Shown: positions 20,510-30,710 of the stretch, one piece after another | How the letters are laid out: each line of letters begins with the position of its first letter | Position numbering within the stretch: the stretch's first letter is position 1 | From: an uncultured candidate division Zixibacteria bacterium | Lineage (GTDB): Bacteria > Zixibacteria > MSB-5A5 > UBA10806 | Assembly: GCA_963817915.1 (NCBI GenBank) | Contig: CAWFQL010000017.1 | Span: forward strand, 352,001 to 416,000 | Length of the DNA stretch: 64,000 nucleotides | Direction: 5' to 3' | The notes under the pieces: model-generated | What the model was told of the DNA's origin: nothing | The model's database searches: none | The model's input: only the letters and a program-made list of their open reading frames with translations | Position numbers and translations under genes: made by a program

Positions 20510-21870
20510 ATGTCTATCGATTTGAAAAATAAAAAAGTTTCGATAATCGGCGCCAAGAGATCGGGTATTGCCACGGCCGATGCTGTCAAATTATTGGGCG
20601 GAATACCATTCGTGAGCGATAACAGTCCGAAAAAAGACGAGCAGTCAGTTGCCCATTTCGAACAAAATGGTATTCAATATGAGTTCGGTCAGCATTCACA
20701 AAGAATTTATGATTGTGACTTAATGGTTGTCAGTCCCGGCGTGGCGGCCAACTCTGAAGTTGTAATCAATGCAAAATCGAAAAAAATAACGGTGCTGCCG
20801 GAAATAGAACTCGCATATCATCTCTGCAAAGGGAAGATAATCGGTATTACGGGCTCAAATGGTAAAACCACTACCACTGCACTAATAGGGGAGATCTTCA
20901 AAAACGCCGGTTTGCCAACATATATATGCGGCAATATCGGAAATCCCTTTATAGCCATTGCCCGCGATATTCCGGAAAATGGTTTTGCGATTGTCGAGCT
21001 TTCGAGCTTTCAACTGGAACTGACGGATAAATTTCATCCTCATGTCGCGATATTTTTGAATTTAACTCCGGATCATCTCGATCGTCATGGCAATCTGGAA
21101 ACCTATATTAACGCCAAGATGAAAATATTCGCCAATCAGGGATCGAATGATTACGCCGTGCTCAATCTCGATGATAAGACGTTGCTGGAAAAAGGCTCAT
21201 CTCTAAAATCAAAGACCATTTGGTTTTCGACAGTGAAATCAGTGCCTGATGGTATTTGGGCTAGTTCCGGGCGGCGGAATCTTTGTCGAGAATCAGGAAT
21301 TGATGAAAGTCCGACAAAATGCAGATTAAGGGTGAACATAATTTATCCAATGCCTGCGCCTCGATCTCAGCGGCGTTGTGTGTTGGTATATCAAAGAATA
21401 TTATTATAGATACGCTTAAGACATTTCCCGGGGTGGAACATCGACTGGAGCCTGTAAGGCTTATCGGAGGGGTAAGCTTTATAAATGACTCCAAGGGGAC
21501 CAACGTAGATTCCGTATTTTGGGCATTGAAAGCGATTTCCACCCCGATCATTTTAATAGCAGGCGGTAAAGATAAGGCCGGCGATTTTACGGCACTGAAT
21601 AGCCTGATATCTTCAAAGGTTAAAACTGTGATTGTTATCGGCCAGGCTGCCGCTAAAATTTCATCCGCATGGGATAAGCTCACCAGGTGCATCCCCGCCA
21701 TTACAATGGATGATGCCGTTAATGTCGCGTTCGCCAACTCTGCCAAAGGAGACACCGTATTGCTTTCCCCGGGTTGCGCGTCATTCGACATGTTTGATAA
21801 TTACGAACATAGAGGAAGGGTATTCAAAAAGGCCGTTGCCGATCTCGCTGAAAAGGTGGCTCACAAATGA
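20510..21870 (+). CDS. murD: UDP-MurNAc-L-Ala-D-Glu ligase, interrupted by frameshift(s) at about 21269-21312 (probably sequencing indels)
   Basis: N-part 'VVSPGV', 'GITGSNGKTTT', 'ELSSFQL', 'PDHLDRH'; C-part 'GEHNLSNA', 'EHRLE', 'NDSKGTN', 'GGKDK', 'LLSPGCASFDMF.NYEHRG'. Confidence 0.93.
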
Positions 21871-22991
21871 TGGCATTCTTGGATGATCATCCGGATAAAG
21901 TTCTCATGGCATCCTCAACCATTCTTATGATGTTGGGAATAATATTTATTTATTCGGCGTCGGGACCTTTTTGCCAATTCCAAAATCATCCGACATGGTA
22001 TTTCCTGATGAGGCAATCAGCATGGGCCGCAGTTGCATTGATTGCTCTTCTGGTTGCTTATAGACTAGACTACGAAATTATAATAAAAATATCACCCTAT
22101 CTTATGATGTTTTCATTACTGGCATTAATTGTGGTATTTCCTCTTTCGAGCGCGAAGATCAAACGATGGATCAATATCGGCGGGTTTACATTTCAGCCAT
22201 CCGAATTATTCAAATTGGCTATGGTAGCATTCATGGCGCGTATTGCCGGCAAGAATATCGGAAAAGAAGAAGGCTACAAAAAACTATTCCCTACGTTGCT
22301 GATAGTGCTGTTTGGCACATTTCTCATTGTCAGAGAGCCTGATCTCGGCACATCATCATTGGTACTGGGTATCGCCGTAGCATTATTGTATCTGGCCGGC
22401 TTCCCCAAAAGATATCTTCTCGTTGTCGGGTTGATCGGAGTAATATTCGCGTCCATATTCGTCTTTGTAATAGGGTATGAAAAAAACAGGGTCTATGAAT
22501 ATACTGCCACTTTGGAGAATCCATTCGATTCCAAAGCCAGCTATCAGACCAGACAATCCCTTGTAAGCCTGGGTTCCGGTGGATTCATGGGCAAGGGATT
22601 AGCCAATGGAGGCCAGAAGCATCTGTTTCTTCCCGCGCGCCATACAGATTTTATACTGGCCTCATCCGCGGAGGAAGGCGGATTTCTCATCGTCGCGGTC
22701 ATCTTAGCGCTTTTCGGGCTAATCGGATGGTCCGGATACAAGATAGCAGTCAACGCGGTTGATCTGGAAGGGACATTATTGGCTTGGGGTGTCATGCTGG
22801 CATTGATAATGCAGGCCACGATCAATATCGGGGTCGCGATTGGGTTATTTCCGATTACCGGAATGACATTGCCATTTATGAGCTATGGCGGCTCTTCATT
22901 GCTGATATGTAATTTTTGCATCGGAATGTTGGGATCTGTCGCGAGACGGTCGAGATCGCCGCGATATTATTTCAAACGGTTCAAGAGTTGA
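21867..22991 (+). CDS. ftsW: SEDS peptidoglycan polymerase FtsW
   Basis: 'KRWI', 'FQPSELFK', 'EPDLGT', 'HTDFI', 'TGMTLPFMSYGGSS'; position in the dcw cluster. Confidence 0.93.
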   Translation: MMAFLDDHPDKVLMASSTILMMLGIIFIYSASGPFCQFQNHPTWYFLMRQSAWAAVALIALLVAYRLDYEIIIKISPYLMMFSLLALIVVFPLSSAKIKRWINIGGFTFQPSELFKLAMVAFMARIAGKNIGKEEGYKKLFPTLLIVLFGTFLIVREPDLGTSSLVLGIAVALLYLAGFPKRYLLVVGLIGVIFASIFVFVIGYEKNRVYEYTATLENPFDSKASYQTRQSLVSLGSGGFMGKGLANGGQKHLFLPARHTDFILASSAEEGGFLIVAVILALFGLIGWSGYKIAVNAVDLEGTLLAWGVMLALIMQATINIGVAIGLFPITGMTLPFMSYGGSSLLICNFCIGMLGSVARRSRSPRYYFKRFKS

Positions 22992-24106
22992 AAAAGGGCG
23001 ATGGCAAAATAGTGATTTTGTTTGCTGGAGGCGGAACTGCCGGGCATCTGATGCCTGCGATTAATATCGCTCTTGAGATGACAAAAGATGATAGTCGAAT
23101 CAGGCCGGTGTTTATCGGGAAAAAGGGTGGGATGGAAGCTGGAATCGTCGCGAATTTCGGATTCGAAATCAGAGAGATTGATGTTGTCGGATTCAAGCGA
23201 AGCATCAAAGGCGCATTTAATTTCATTTTTAAATGGCATAAAGGCGCGAAGCAAGCACAAAACGTTATGAAGGATTTAAATCCCGATGTCGTAGTCGGTA
23301 CCGGTGGATATGTTTCCGCGCCTGTCATTAATGCCGCTTATAAACTTGGAAAACCGATCTTTCTTCAAGAACAAAATAGCTTACCCGGTCTGGCTACAAG
23401 GTCATTGGCAAAAAAGGCGAATTTAATTTTTACGGCATACGAAAGTGCTTCCAGGTATTTGCCGGCTGAAAAATGCAAATCAATTGGTAATCCATTGCGA
23501 CCTGATATACTGGACGCCAATAAGAGCAAGGCTTATGAAATATTCGGCCTAAATCCTAACAAAAAGACGCTCCTTATTCTCGGCGGGAGCTCAGGGGCCA
23601 AGAGAATCAATCAAGCTATCCTGATGCTGCTCAATTCGAAATCGATACCTGACGATTGGCAAATCCTCTGGCAAACCGGCACGAAAGATTTTGATCAGAT
23701 AAGCAAATTAATCGATGTCAATAAGATCATTGGCAAGGTTGTGCCGTTCATAAAGGAAATGCCGTCCGCGTACGCAATAACCAACCTTATAATATCGAGA
23801 GCGGGCGCCATGGCATTATCGGAAATAACGGTCGTCGGGATACCGTCGATCTTGATTCCGTTTCCATTTGCCACCGGCGATCATCAGACATTAAACGCCC
23901 GTCAGATCGAGATCGCAGGCGGCGCGATCGTTATTTTGGAAAAAGATATCGAGACGTATTTAATTACATCATTGAAAAGCCTTTTTTCTGATAGTAAAAA
24001 GAGAATGCAAATGGCGCAGTCGGCCAAAAGATTAGGTCGTCCTGAAGCGTCAAAATTGATAGCGGAAACGATAATGGAAAAAATAAATGAAGTTCAAGCG
24101 AATTAA
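22988..24106 (+). CDS. murG: Lipid II GlcNAc transferase
   Basis: 'GGGTAGHLMP', 'GTGGYVSAP', 'EQNSLPG', 'GNPLR', 'GGSSGA', 'SRAGA', 'HQTLNA'; TTG start overlaps the ftsW stop. Confidence 0.95.
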   Translation: MKKGDGKIVILFAGGGTAGHLMPAINIALEMTKDDSRIRPVFIGKKGGMEAGIVANFGFEIREIDVVGFKRSIKGAFNFIFKWHKGAKQAQNVMKDLNPDVVVGTGGYVSAPVINAAYKLGKPIFLQEQNSLPGLATRSLAKKANLIFTAYESASRYLPAEKCKSIGNPLRPDILDANKSKAYEIFGLNPNKKTLLILGGSSGAKRINQAILMLLNSKSIPDDWQILWQTGTKDFDQISKLIDVNKIIGKVVPFIKEMPSAYAITNLIISRAGAMALSEITVVGIPSILIPFPFATGDHQTLNARQIEIAGGAIVILEKDIETYLITSLKSLFSDSKKRMQMAQSAKRLGRPEASKLIAETIMEKINEVQAN

Positions 24107-25460
24107 AACCCTGCATTTCGTTGGTATTGGCGGAACCGGCATGTGCGGTATCGCCGAGATTCTACATAATAGCGGCTATAAAATATCAGGCTCCGACCAG
24201 AAAGAAACTGAAACCACCGACCATCTCGCGAGCCTTGGAATATCCATAAAATATTCGCATGAGGAAGCCAATATCAAAGGCAGCGATGTCGTAGTAATTT
24301 CTTCCGCTGTCAGCGATGATAATCCAGAAGTGATCGAGGCAAGACGGGAGAAAATACCGGTTATCAGAAGAGCCGAGATGCTGGGCGAGCTGATGAGAAC
24401 AAAATTTTCGATTGCTGTTGCCGGTACTCACGGGAAGACAACCACGACATCTCTCATTGGCCACATTCTAAAGGCCGGCGGGCTCGATCCCACAGTTATT
24501 GTCGGCGGTAGGGTATTGGGAGTAGGCTCAAACGCTTATCTTGGCAAGAGCGAATACTTGGTCGCCGAGGCCGATGAATTCGATCGATCAATCCTCAAAT
24601 TCTACGCGACTATCGCTGTTATCACCAATATTGAAGCGGAGCATATGGAATGCTATTCGGGTATTGAAGACCTCGAAAATTGCTTTGTCGAATTCGCCAA
24701 CCGGGTGCCGTTCTTCGGCACTGTGATACTTTGCGCCGATGACGCTGGAATCAAACGAATTCATTCCAGAATTACTCGTCCAATTTTGACTTATGGGCTG
24801 GAATCCAGAGCGGATTACTCTGCTACAGAAATCCAGTTCACCGAAAATGGAGCCACTTTTACCTTAGTCCATAACGGTTCCAAAACACGCAAAGTTGAAT
24901 CCCGTTTAATGGGTTACCATAATATTAGAAATCTTCTTGCGGGTTTCGCAGTTGCAGATGATCTTGAAATCCCGATCGACGTAGTTCTGGAAGCGGCTAA
25001 AACATTCACCGGTGTTGGCAGACGATTGGAACTGGCAGGGGAGGCTGGTGGCGCGAAGTTCTATGATGATTATGGCCATCATCCCACTGAAATCAGGGCG
25101 ACCCTTGAAGGCGTGAGGTCGGTATTTGGCGGCCGCCTAGTGGCAGTGCTTCAGCCTCATCTGTTTTCGCGGACTCAAAAGCTATACAAGGAATTCGGCG
25201 CGGCATTTTTCGATGCCGACATGCTGGTGGTCCTCAATGTTTACCCATCCAGGGAAAAACCGATTGATGGAGTCAGCGGCAAATTGATAGCCGATGCCGC
25301 CAGACAGCTTGGCCATAAGAATGTCCTTTATGTGGAAAATAAAGACGAATTACCAAATATAATGCGAAATCAAATTAAGTCCGGCGACCGGGTCGTGCTT
25401 TTCGGGGCTGGAGATATTAATCGCTATACACAAAAAATATTGGAAAAGATAAGGGAATAA
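24087..25460 (+). CDS. murC: UDP-MurNAc-L-alanine ligase
   Basis: 'HFVGIGGTGMCGIA', 'AGTHGKTTTT', 'EADEFD', 'DDYGHHPTEI', 'QPHLFSRT'. Confidence 0.97.
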   Translation: MKFKRIKTLHFVGIGGTGMCGIAEILHNSGYKISGSDQKETETTDHLASLGISIKYSHEEANIKGSDVVVISSAVSDDNPEVIEARREKIPVIRRAEMLGELMRTKFSIAVAGTHGKTTTTSLIGHILKAGGLDPTVIVGGRVLGVGSNAYLGKSEYLVAEADEFDRSILKFYATIAVITNIEAEHMECYSGIEDLENCFVEFANRVPFFGTVILCADDAGIKRIHSRITRPILTYGLESRADYSATEIQFTENGATFTLVHNGSKTRKVESRLMGYHNIRNLLAGFAVADDLEIPIDVVLEAAKTFTGVGRRLELAGEAGGAKFYDDYGHHPTEIRATLEGVRSVFGGRLVAVLQPHLFSRTQKLYKEFGAAFFDADMLVVLNVYPSREKPIDGVSGKLIADAARQLGHKNVLYVENKDELPNIMRNQIKSGDRVVLFGAGDINRYTQKILEKIRE

Positions 25461-26185
25461 TGCTAAAGATATTCTTGAGATTTTTGTTGTTGGTTCTTGC
25501 AGTGGCAGCAGGAAGGTTTGGATACGATAAAGCCGCGGATCTTTCAATTTTCTCCCTTAAGACCGTCAAGATTACGGGCAATTGGGGTATATCCGCCGAT
25601 TCTATGCTCGCCATTACGGGTTTAGAGAAAGGGAAATCGATCTACAAGCAGGACTTGAATTTCGCAGCAGACAGACTAATGCAGCAGCCGGGAGTGATAG
25701 AGTGCACGATCAAACGCGATTATATTTCTACTGTATTTATTGATATTAAGGTCGCTGAGCCGACATTGCTTTTCAACACTGGCGAGCTCCTCGCTCTTTC
25801 ACGTGAAGGAATGGTGTTACCGATTAGCCGAAAAATGCCGGTTCTTCCTCTGGTTTCCGGAAGAAAATTCGCGATGGCGAAATGCTATGACCAGGTCAAA
25901 GACCCTGATATCGCATATGCTATCAGGCTTTTTGATTCGCTTATGGGTATCGCGCCAGCATTATCTGCCCGTCTTTCGGAAATAAATTTCGGCAAGGATA
26001 ATATTCTAAGATTATATTTTTCCCCTAAGGGAACTGAAGTATTAATAGATCGCGGTGATATCGCTAACAGTGTCCGGAGATTATCGGCTCTCGCCGATTC
26101 CGGGCATCTGAATGAAAAGAACATACTCGATCTTCGCTATGGGCCGGTGACTGTTGAGACGCCCGGGAAAAAAGGGAATTCATAA
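25460..26185 (+). CDS. ftsQ: FtsQ/DivIB POTRA-domain protein
   Basis: N-terminal TM, POTRA-like 'VKITGN', C-terminal 'LDLRY'; sits directly before ftsA. Confidence 0.8.
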   Translation: MLKIFLRFLLLVLAVAAGRFGYDKAADLSIFSLKTVKITGNWGISADSMLAITGLEKGKSIYKQDLNFAADRLMQQPGVIECTIKRDYISTVFIDIKVAEPTLLFNTGELLALSREGMVLPISRKMPVLPLVSGRKFAMAKCYDQVKDPDIAYAIRLFDSLMGIAPALSARLSEINFGKDNILRLYFSPKGTEVLIDRGDIANSVRRLSALADSGHLNEKNILDLRYGPVTVETPGKKGNS

Positions 26186-26186
26186 A

Positions 26187-27416
26187 ATGAAAAAAAGCGA
26201 AATTATCGTCGGACTTGATATAGGAACCACTAAAATTGGCGTAGTTGTCGCCGAGCCATCCGAGAATGGGACATTTAAAATTCTCGGTATCGGCAATTCT
26301 CCGGCTGAGGGATTGAAAAAAGGCGTAATAGTCAATCTCGAGAAGGCAATCGAATCCGTCCGTCAGGCTCTCGACGACGCTGAAATGACATCAGGCCAAA
26401 AAATCGAATCAGCTTATGTCGGTATTGCGGGCGATCATATCAAAAGTATCAATAGTCGCGGCGTTATTGCAATCGGCAAAAGCAGCGCGGAGATAATTGA
26501 TTCCGATATAGCCCGTGCGTTGGAAGCCGCTAAAGCGATAGCGATTCCATCTGACCGTGAAATTATCCATATCCTGCCCCAGGAATATACTGTAGATGAT
26601 CAAAATGGCATCAAAGATCCTAAGGGATTTTCCGGAATCAGGCTCGAAGTAGATGTTCACATAGTGACCGGCTCAGTTTCGGCAGTGCAAAATATCCTTA
26701 GATGCATCGAAAAAGCCGGCGTGCACGTCGATGAACTCGTTCTTGAACCTCTGGCGTCAAGCTATGGTGTCCTGTCTAAAGATGAAATGGAATTAGGCTG
26801 CGTGGTTATCGATATGGGAGGCGGCACTACGGATTTGGCTGTCTTCCACGAAGGCGCGGTCAAACATACAGCGGTAATCGGAATCGGCGGAAAGAATGTC
26901 ACCAACGATTTGGCCATAGGTCTGCGCACTCCGTTGGAGCAGGCAGAACAGCTTAAATGCAGCTATGGTTCTGCATTGGCCGCTTCTGTCGACGCTACTG
27001 AAATGATACAGGTGCCCGGCGTCGGTGGTCGAGAATCGAAAGAGGTTTCGCGCTCGGTCCTGGCTACCATAATCGAACCGAGGATCGAAGAGATATTTTC
27101 TCTTGTGGCCCGCGAAATGAAGAAAAACCAGCGAACCGAAATGCTGGCCGCAGGTGTAATTTTAACGGGCGGTGCCGCTCAACTTGATAGTGTCATAGAA
27201 TTAGCCGAGCAGGTTTTCGATATGCCGGCCAAGATGGGAATACCCACGAATTTCGACAATAGCTCGGAATTGGCCCCGGGGCCTGCCTTTGCCACTGGAA
27301 TAGGACTCGTTCAGTATGCGTTATCGAAAAATAAAATCGGTGTAAGAAGAGGAAAGCCGCGTAAATCGGCGAGAACTTTCGAAAAAATAAAGAGATGGTT
27401 AAATGAATATTTTTAA
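26187..27416 (+). CDS. ftsA: Cell division protein FtsA
   Basis: 'GLDIGTTKI', 'GLKKGVIVN', 'IDMGGGTTD', 'AEQLK', 'LTGG', amphipathic tail 'KIKRWLNEYF'. Confidence 0.97.
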   Translation: MKKSEIIVGLDIGTTKIGVVVAEPSENGTFKILGIGNSPAEGLKKGVIVNLEKAIESVRQALDDAEMTSGQKIESAYVGIAGDHIKSINSRGVIAIGKSSAEIIDSDIARALEAAKAIAIPSDREIIHILPQEYTVDDQNGIKDPKGFSGIRLEVDVHIVTGSVSAVQNILRCIEKAGVHVDELVLEPLASSYGVLSKDEMELGCVVIDMGGGTTDLAVFHEGAVKHTAVIGIGGKNVTNDLAIGLRTPLEQAEQLKCSYGSALAASVDATEMIQVPGVGGRESKEVSRSVLATIIEPRIEEIFSLVAREMKKNQRTEMLAAGVILTGGAAQLDSVIELAEQVFDMPAKMGIPTNFDNSSELAPGPAFATGIGLVQYALSKNKIGVRRGKPRKSARTFEKIKRWLNEYF

Positions 27417-27460
27417 TATAACCCGACCTTCTGTCGGAGGGGATCTAAGGAAGGGGACTT

Positions 27461-28630
27461 ATGATTTTCGAGTATGATTTTAACGATGGTATCCGATCCA
27501 AGATGAAAGTCGTCGGTATCGGAGGCGCAGGCGGCAATGCCATCAATCGAATGGTTTCATCGGGGTATTCCGGAGTTGAATTTATTGCTATCAACACCGA
27601 TGCCCAGGCGCTGGAAACTTCGATGGCCGATGTAAAAATCCAGATCGGAAGGAAGCTTACTCGCGGACTAGGCGCCGGAGCCGATCCCGATGTCGGCCGC
27701 AAGGCATTCGAGGAAGACGCAGAGCCTATTCGCGAAGCCCTGGAAGGAGCCAATATCGTTTTCATAACATGCGGTATGGGAGGCGGCACCGGAACCGGCG
27801 CGTCACCTTGTGTTGCTCGCATGGCGAAGGAGATGGGCGCACTCACGGTTTCCATCGTGACAAAGCCATTTTTATTCGAAGGTCATACCAGGATCGGCCA
27901 GGCGGAAAACGGCATTCGCAATATAAAGGATTTCGTTGATACGCTTATCACTATTCCAAATCAGCGCTTGCTTTCCCTTGTCGATAAAAACACTCGTTTG
28001 ACTGAATCGTTCTTGAAAGCCGATGAAGTGCTTCTTTCGGCTACAAAAGGTATTTCAGATTTAATAACTGTCCCTGGACTCGTAAACCTTGATTTCGCCG
28101 ATATCAGGACGATCATGTTTAACGCAGGCGATGCCCTGATGGGCAGAGGCGTGGGCTCCGGCGAAAATCGCGGCGAAATCGCGGCTCGCATGGCTCTTCA
28201 TTCTCCGCTTCTAGATGATTTGACAATCGAAGGCGCCAAAGGCGTCCTGGTCAATATTACCGGCGGAAATGATATGACCCTGAATGATGTAAGCGAGGCA
28301 ACCGAGACAGTCTATGAAGCCGCTGGCAGCGAGGCCAACATAATCTTCGGCGCGGTAATCGATGAGACCTTGAATGACAATATTTATGTCACTGTTATCG
28401 CAACCGGATTTAGCAGACCATCGGATGCCGGCGAAATGGCGGTCGAAGTCGATCTATTTGGTCGGAAATCGAATCGGACCCCGGCAAGATTTAAAAAGCC
28501 GAGTTCAAAACGGCCGATACTCGATAAAGTAATATCACCGGATTATGTGCCCGAGGATTTCAAAATCCCAACATTCATGAGAAATAAGGCCGATGGGATT
28601 TTCAGTTCAGTTAGCGAGGAAGTTTCTTAA
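27461..28630 (+). CDS. ftsZ: Cell division protein FtsZ
   Basis: 'GIGGAGGNA', 'INTDAQAL', tubulin signature 'GMGGGTGTG', 'NLDFADI', C-terminal peptide 'IPTFMR'. Confidence 0.98.
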   Translation: MIFEYDFNDGIRSKMKVVGIGGAGGNAINRMVSSGYSGVEFIAINTDAQALETSMADVKIQIGRKLTRGLGAGADPDVGRKAFEEDAEPIREALEGANIVFITCGMGGGTGTGASPCVARMAKEMGALTVSIVTKPFLFEGHTRIGQAENGIRNIKDFVDTLITIPNQRLLSLVDKNTRLTESFLKADEVLLSATKGISDLITVPGLVNLDFADIRTIMFNAGDALMGRGVGSGENRGEIAARMALHSPLLDDLTIEGAKGVLVNITGGNDMTLNDVSEATETVYEAAGSEANIIFGAVIDETLNDNIYVTVIATGFSRPSDAGEMAVEVDLFGRKSNRTPARFKKPSSKRPILDKVISPDYVPEDFKIPTFMRNKADGIFSSVSEEVS

Positions 28631-28655
28631 CTATAATTCAATTTATAGGTAAATT

Positions 28656-28690
28656 AAATAGGGGCGTCATTTGACGCCCCTTTCTATTTT
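28656..28690. terminator. Bidirectional intrinsic terminator between ftsZ and mltG
   Basis: ggggcgtc-attt-gacgcccc hairpin (28661-28680), preceded by aaata and followed by tttctatttt. Confidence 0.85.
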
Positions 28691-28714
28691 GGCCAATTAA
28701 TAATCGCTGATGTT

Positions 28715-29722
28715 TTATCCGGTTCGTCCAAGCCGCCGGATAAGACGAATCGCCGCCAGATGCTCCGCGTAGTTGTACGAAAATATATGGCTGCCATCTC
28801 CCTTTGCGACAAAGAATAAATATCCTGAATTGGCGGGATTTACCGCTGCTCTCAATGATGCCACCCCCGGATTTGAAATGGGTCCTGGCGGCAGGCCGTA
28901 GTTGAGATAGGTATTATAAGGTGATTGATAGCTGAGATCGTTATGCCCCAGCCTTCTATCTATTCCTCCCAGGGCGTAAATTACCGTGGGATCGCACTCC
29001 AGCCGCATCCCTTTTCGAAGCCGATTCAAATATACGGAGGCAATTATGGGCCGTTCGGAATCGAGCATGGCCTCCTTTTCGACAATAGATGCCAGGGCGA
29101 CCGCTTCCTGCATTGTTAAACCCAGTTGGTTGGCCTTATCTTCAAATGAATCGGGCAGTGTCTCGAAAAAATGAGAAACCATCTTCTTGACGACATGCCC
29201 GGGATCTTCATTATAGTAGAGATTGTATGTACTTGGAGCCAGGTAACCCTCCAGATCGTCCGCTTCGATATCCAACGAATCAATCAATTTACGATCCAGG
29301 ACCATTTCCCGAAAACTATCAATATCTATATCAATTGCCGAACTCAGCAGACGGCCAATTTGCGCAATCGTATATCCTTCGGGGATCAGAACATTAAAAG
29401 GTACTTGTTCGCCTCTCACGATCATTTTTATAATCGATGCTATCGAATTGCTCGGCTTTATCGAAAATCGCCCAACCTTAATATGCTTATCATATCCGAA
29501 TATTCTCGAAAAAAAGACAAAATTGCTTTTGGAAGAGATCGCCCCCAAATCATAAAGCTTATCAGCGGCGTCATGAACTGTTTCGCCCTTTTTTATAAGA
29601 ACAAATCCAGCCTTTTTAAATAATGCCCTGGGATGAGGTATGAAATATGCATAGACAAAAAATGCTCCTACAGCCAGGAGAATTATAATAAGTGTGCGAA
29701 ATACGGCTTTAATGCTATCCAT
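28715..29722 (-). CDS. mltG: Endolytic transglycosylase MltG
   Basis: N-terminal TM, 'IPEG', 'LEGYL.P.TY', 'LASIVEKE', 'NRL..GMRLECDPT', 'SPYNTY...GLPPGPISNPG', 'YLFFV'. Confidence 0.95.
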   Translation of the reverse strand: MDSIKAVFRTLIIILLAVGAFFVYAYFIPHPRALFKKAGFVLIKKGETVHDAADKLYDLGAISSKSNFVFFSRIFGYDKHIKVGRFSIKPSNSIASIIKMIVRGEQVPFNVLIPEGYTIAQIGRLLSSAIDIDIDSFREMVLDRKLIDSLDIEADDLEGYLAPSTYNLYYNEDPGHVVKKMVSHFFETLPDSFEDKANQLGLTMQEAVALASIVEKEAMLDSERPIIASVYLNRLRKGMRLECDPTVIYALGGIDRRLGHNDLSYQSPYNTYLNYGLPPGPISNPGVASLRAAVNPANSGYLFFVAKGDGSHIFSYNYAEHLAAIRLIRRLGRTG

Positions 29723-29726
29723 ATAA

Positions 29727-30159
29727 TTATATATCGGATTTTGAGTCGAAATATTCCTGCAAAATCAAAATCGCTGACATCATATCTATTTTATCTTTTG
29801 ATTTATTGAATTTCCCTTTGCCCCTGTGAATTTCTCTGATAGCGCTATCTGTCGTAAGCGTCTCATCGGTCAGAGCGACTTTAATTCCCAGTTCATTCTG
29901 AATCGCTAATGATAAATTCCTTGATTTGATTGCCGCGTCGCCTTCGCTTCCATCCATATTTAGTGGAAGACCGATAACGATTTTATCGATCTCTTCAGTC
30001 TTCACGATCGCTTTTAGCCGTTCGATGAAGTCCTTTTTCCCTTTATACGCTATAGTATCGAAACCGGTTGCCATTTTATGAACTGAATCGCCAATCGCCA
30101 GGCCCGCACGCTTGGTCCCCAAATCAATTCCCAGAATTTTAATCGACTTATTCGCTCAT
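29727..30159 (-). CDS. ruvX: YqgF/RuvX RNase H-fold nuclease; start region carries an apparent 1-nt indel
   Basis: The reading frame extends upstream of 30122 as 'KSIKILGIDLGTKRAGLAIGD'; 'IVIGLPLNMDGS', 'DETLTT', 'IDMMSAILILQEY'. The nearest ATG (30159) is one base out of frame. Confidence 0.88.
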
Positions 30160-30710
30160 TGCCTGTTTGGCATCTTGCCTGTACGCAAATACTTTCTGAT
30201 ATCGGCGATAGCTTCGATATGTGCCTGAAATGCTATATTGGGCGGTGTCATATCCAGCTCGAAATATTTGACTTCATCGGCATCGTCGCCTGGCGCCATC
30301 GTGCCACCAATAATATTTGCCAGGTAGAGCGCCAGCACCGCGTGTGAACGAGGGTCATCGTGCCCGGCATATACCCAGAAGAGTTTGTCAATTTTTATGT
30401 CGAGACCTGTTTCTTCCTTTAATTCGCGAATACAGCACCGCGCGGGCGATTCGTCATATTCCATAAAACCGGCGGGGAGACTCCAATCGCCGACTCTCGG
30501 CGGATATTTTCTCTTAACCAAAAGTATTTTATGATCCTGAATCAGAATAGCCCCGGCGGCGGGTATCGGATTTTTATACCAGATAAAATTGCAGGAGGGG
30601 CATCGGAGACGCGCCCTCCCGTCCAATTTCTTTTCAACTAATGACGCCGAACACCAGGGACAAAATTTGTAGTCCCTCCCGACAACAAGCTCATGTTCCT
30701 GAGAAGGCAT
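30156..30710 (-). CDS. NUDIX hydrolase with N-terminal zinc ribbon
   Basis: 'FCPWC..RCPSC', 'YKNP', Nudix box variant 'GFMEYDESPARCCIRELKEETGL'. Confidence 0.9.
   Translation of the reverse strand: MPSQEHELVVGRDYKFCPWCSASLVEKKLDGRARLRCPSCNFIWYKNPIPAAGAILIQDHKILLVKRKYPPRVGDWSLPAGFMEYDESPARCCIRELKEETGLDIKIDKLFWVYAGHDDPRSHAVLALYLANIIGGTMAPGDDADEVKYFELDMTPPNIAFQAHIEAIADIRKYLRTGKMPNRQ

Noticed and set aside
20510..21870. murD as a pseudogene or programmed frameshift
   Set aside because: The gene is essential, both halves are intact, no slippery heptamer is evident, and similar indels recur across the window.
27421..27442. Small ccgac/gtcgg hairpin between ftsA and ftsZ
   Set aside because: Only a 5-bp stem with no U-tract; it could be a processing or REP-like element but is too weak to call.
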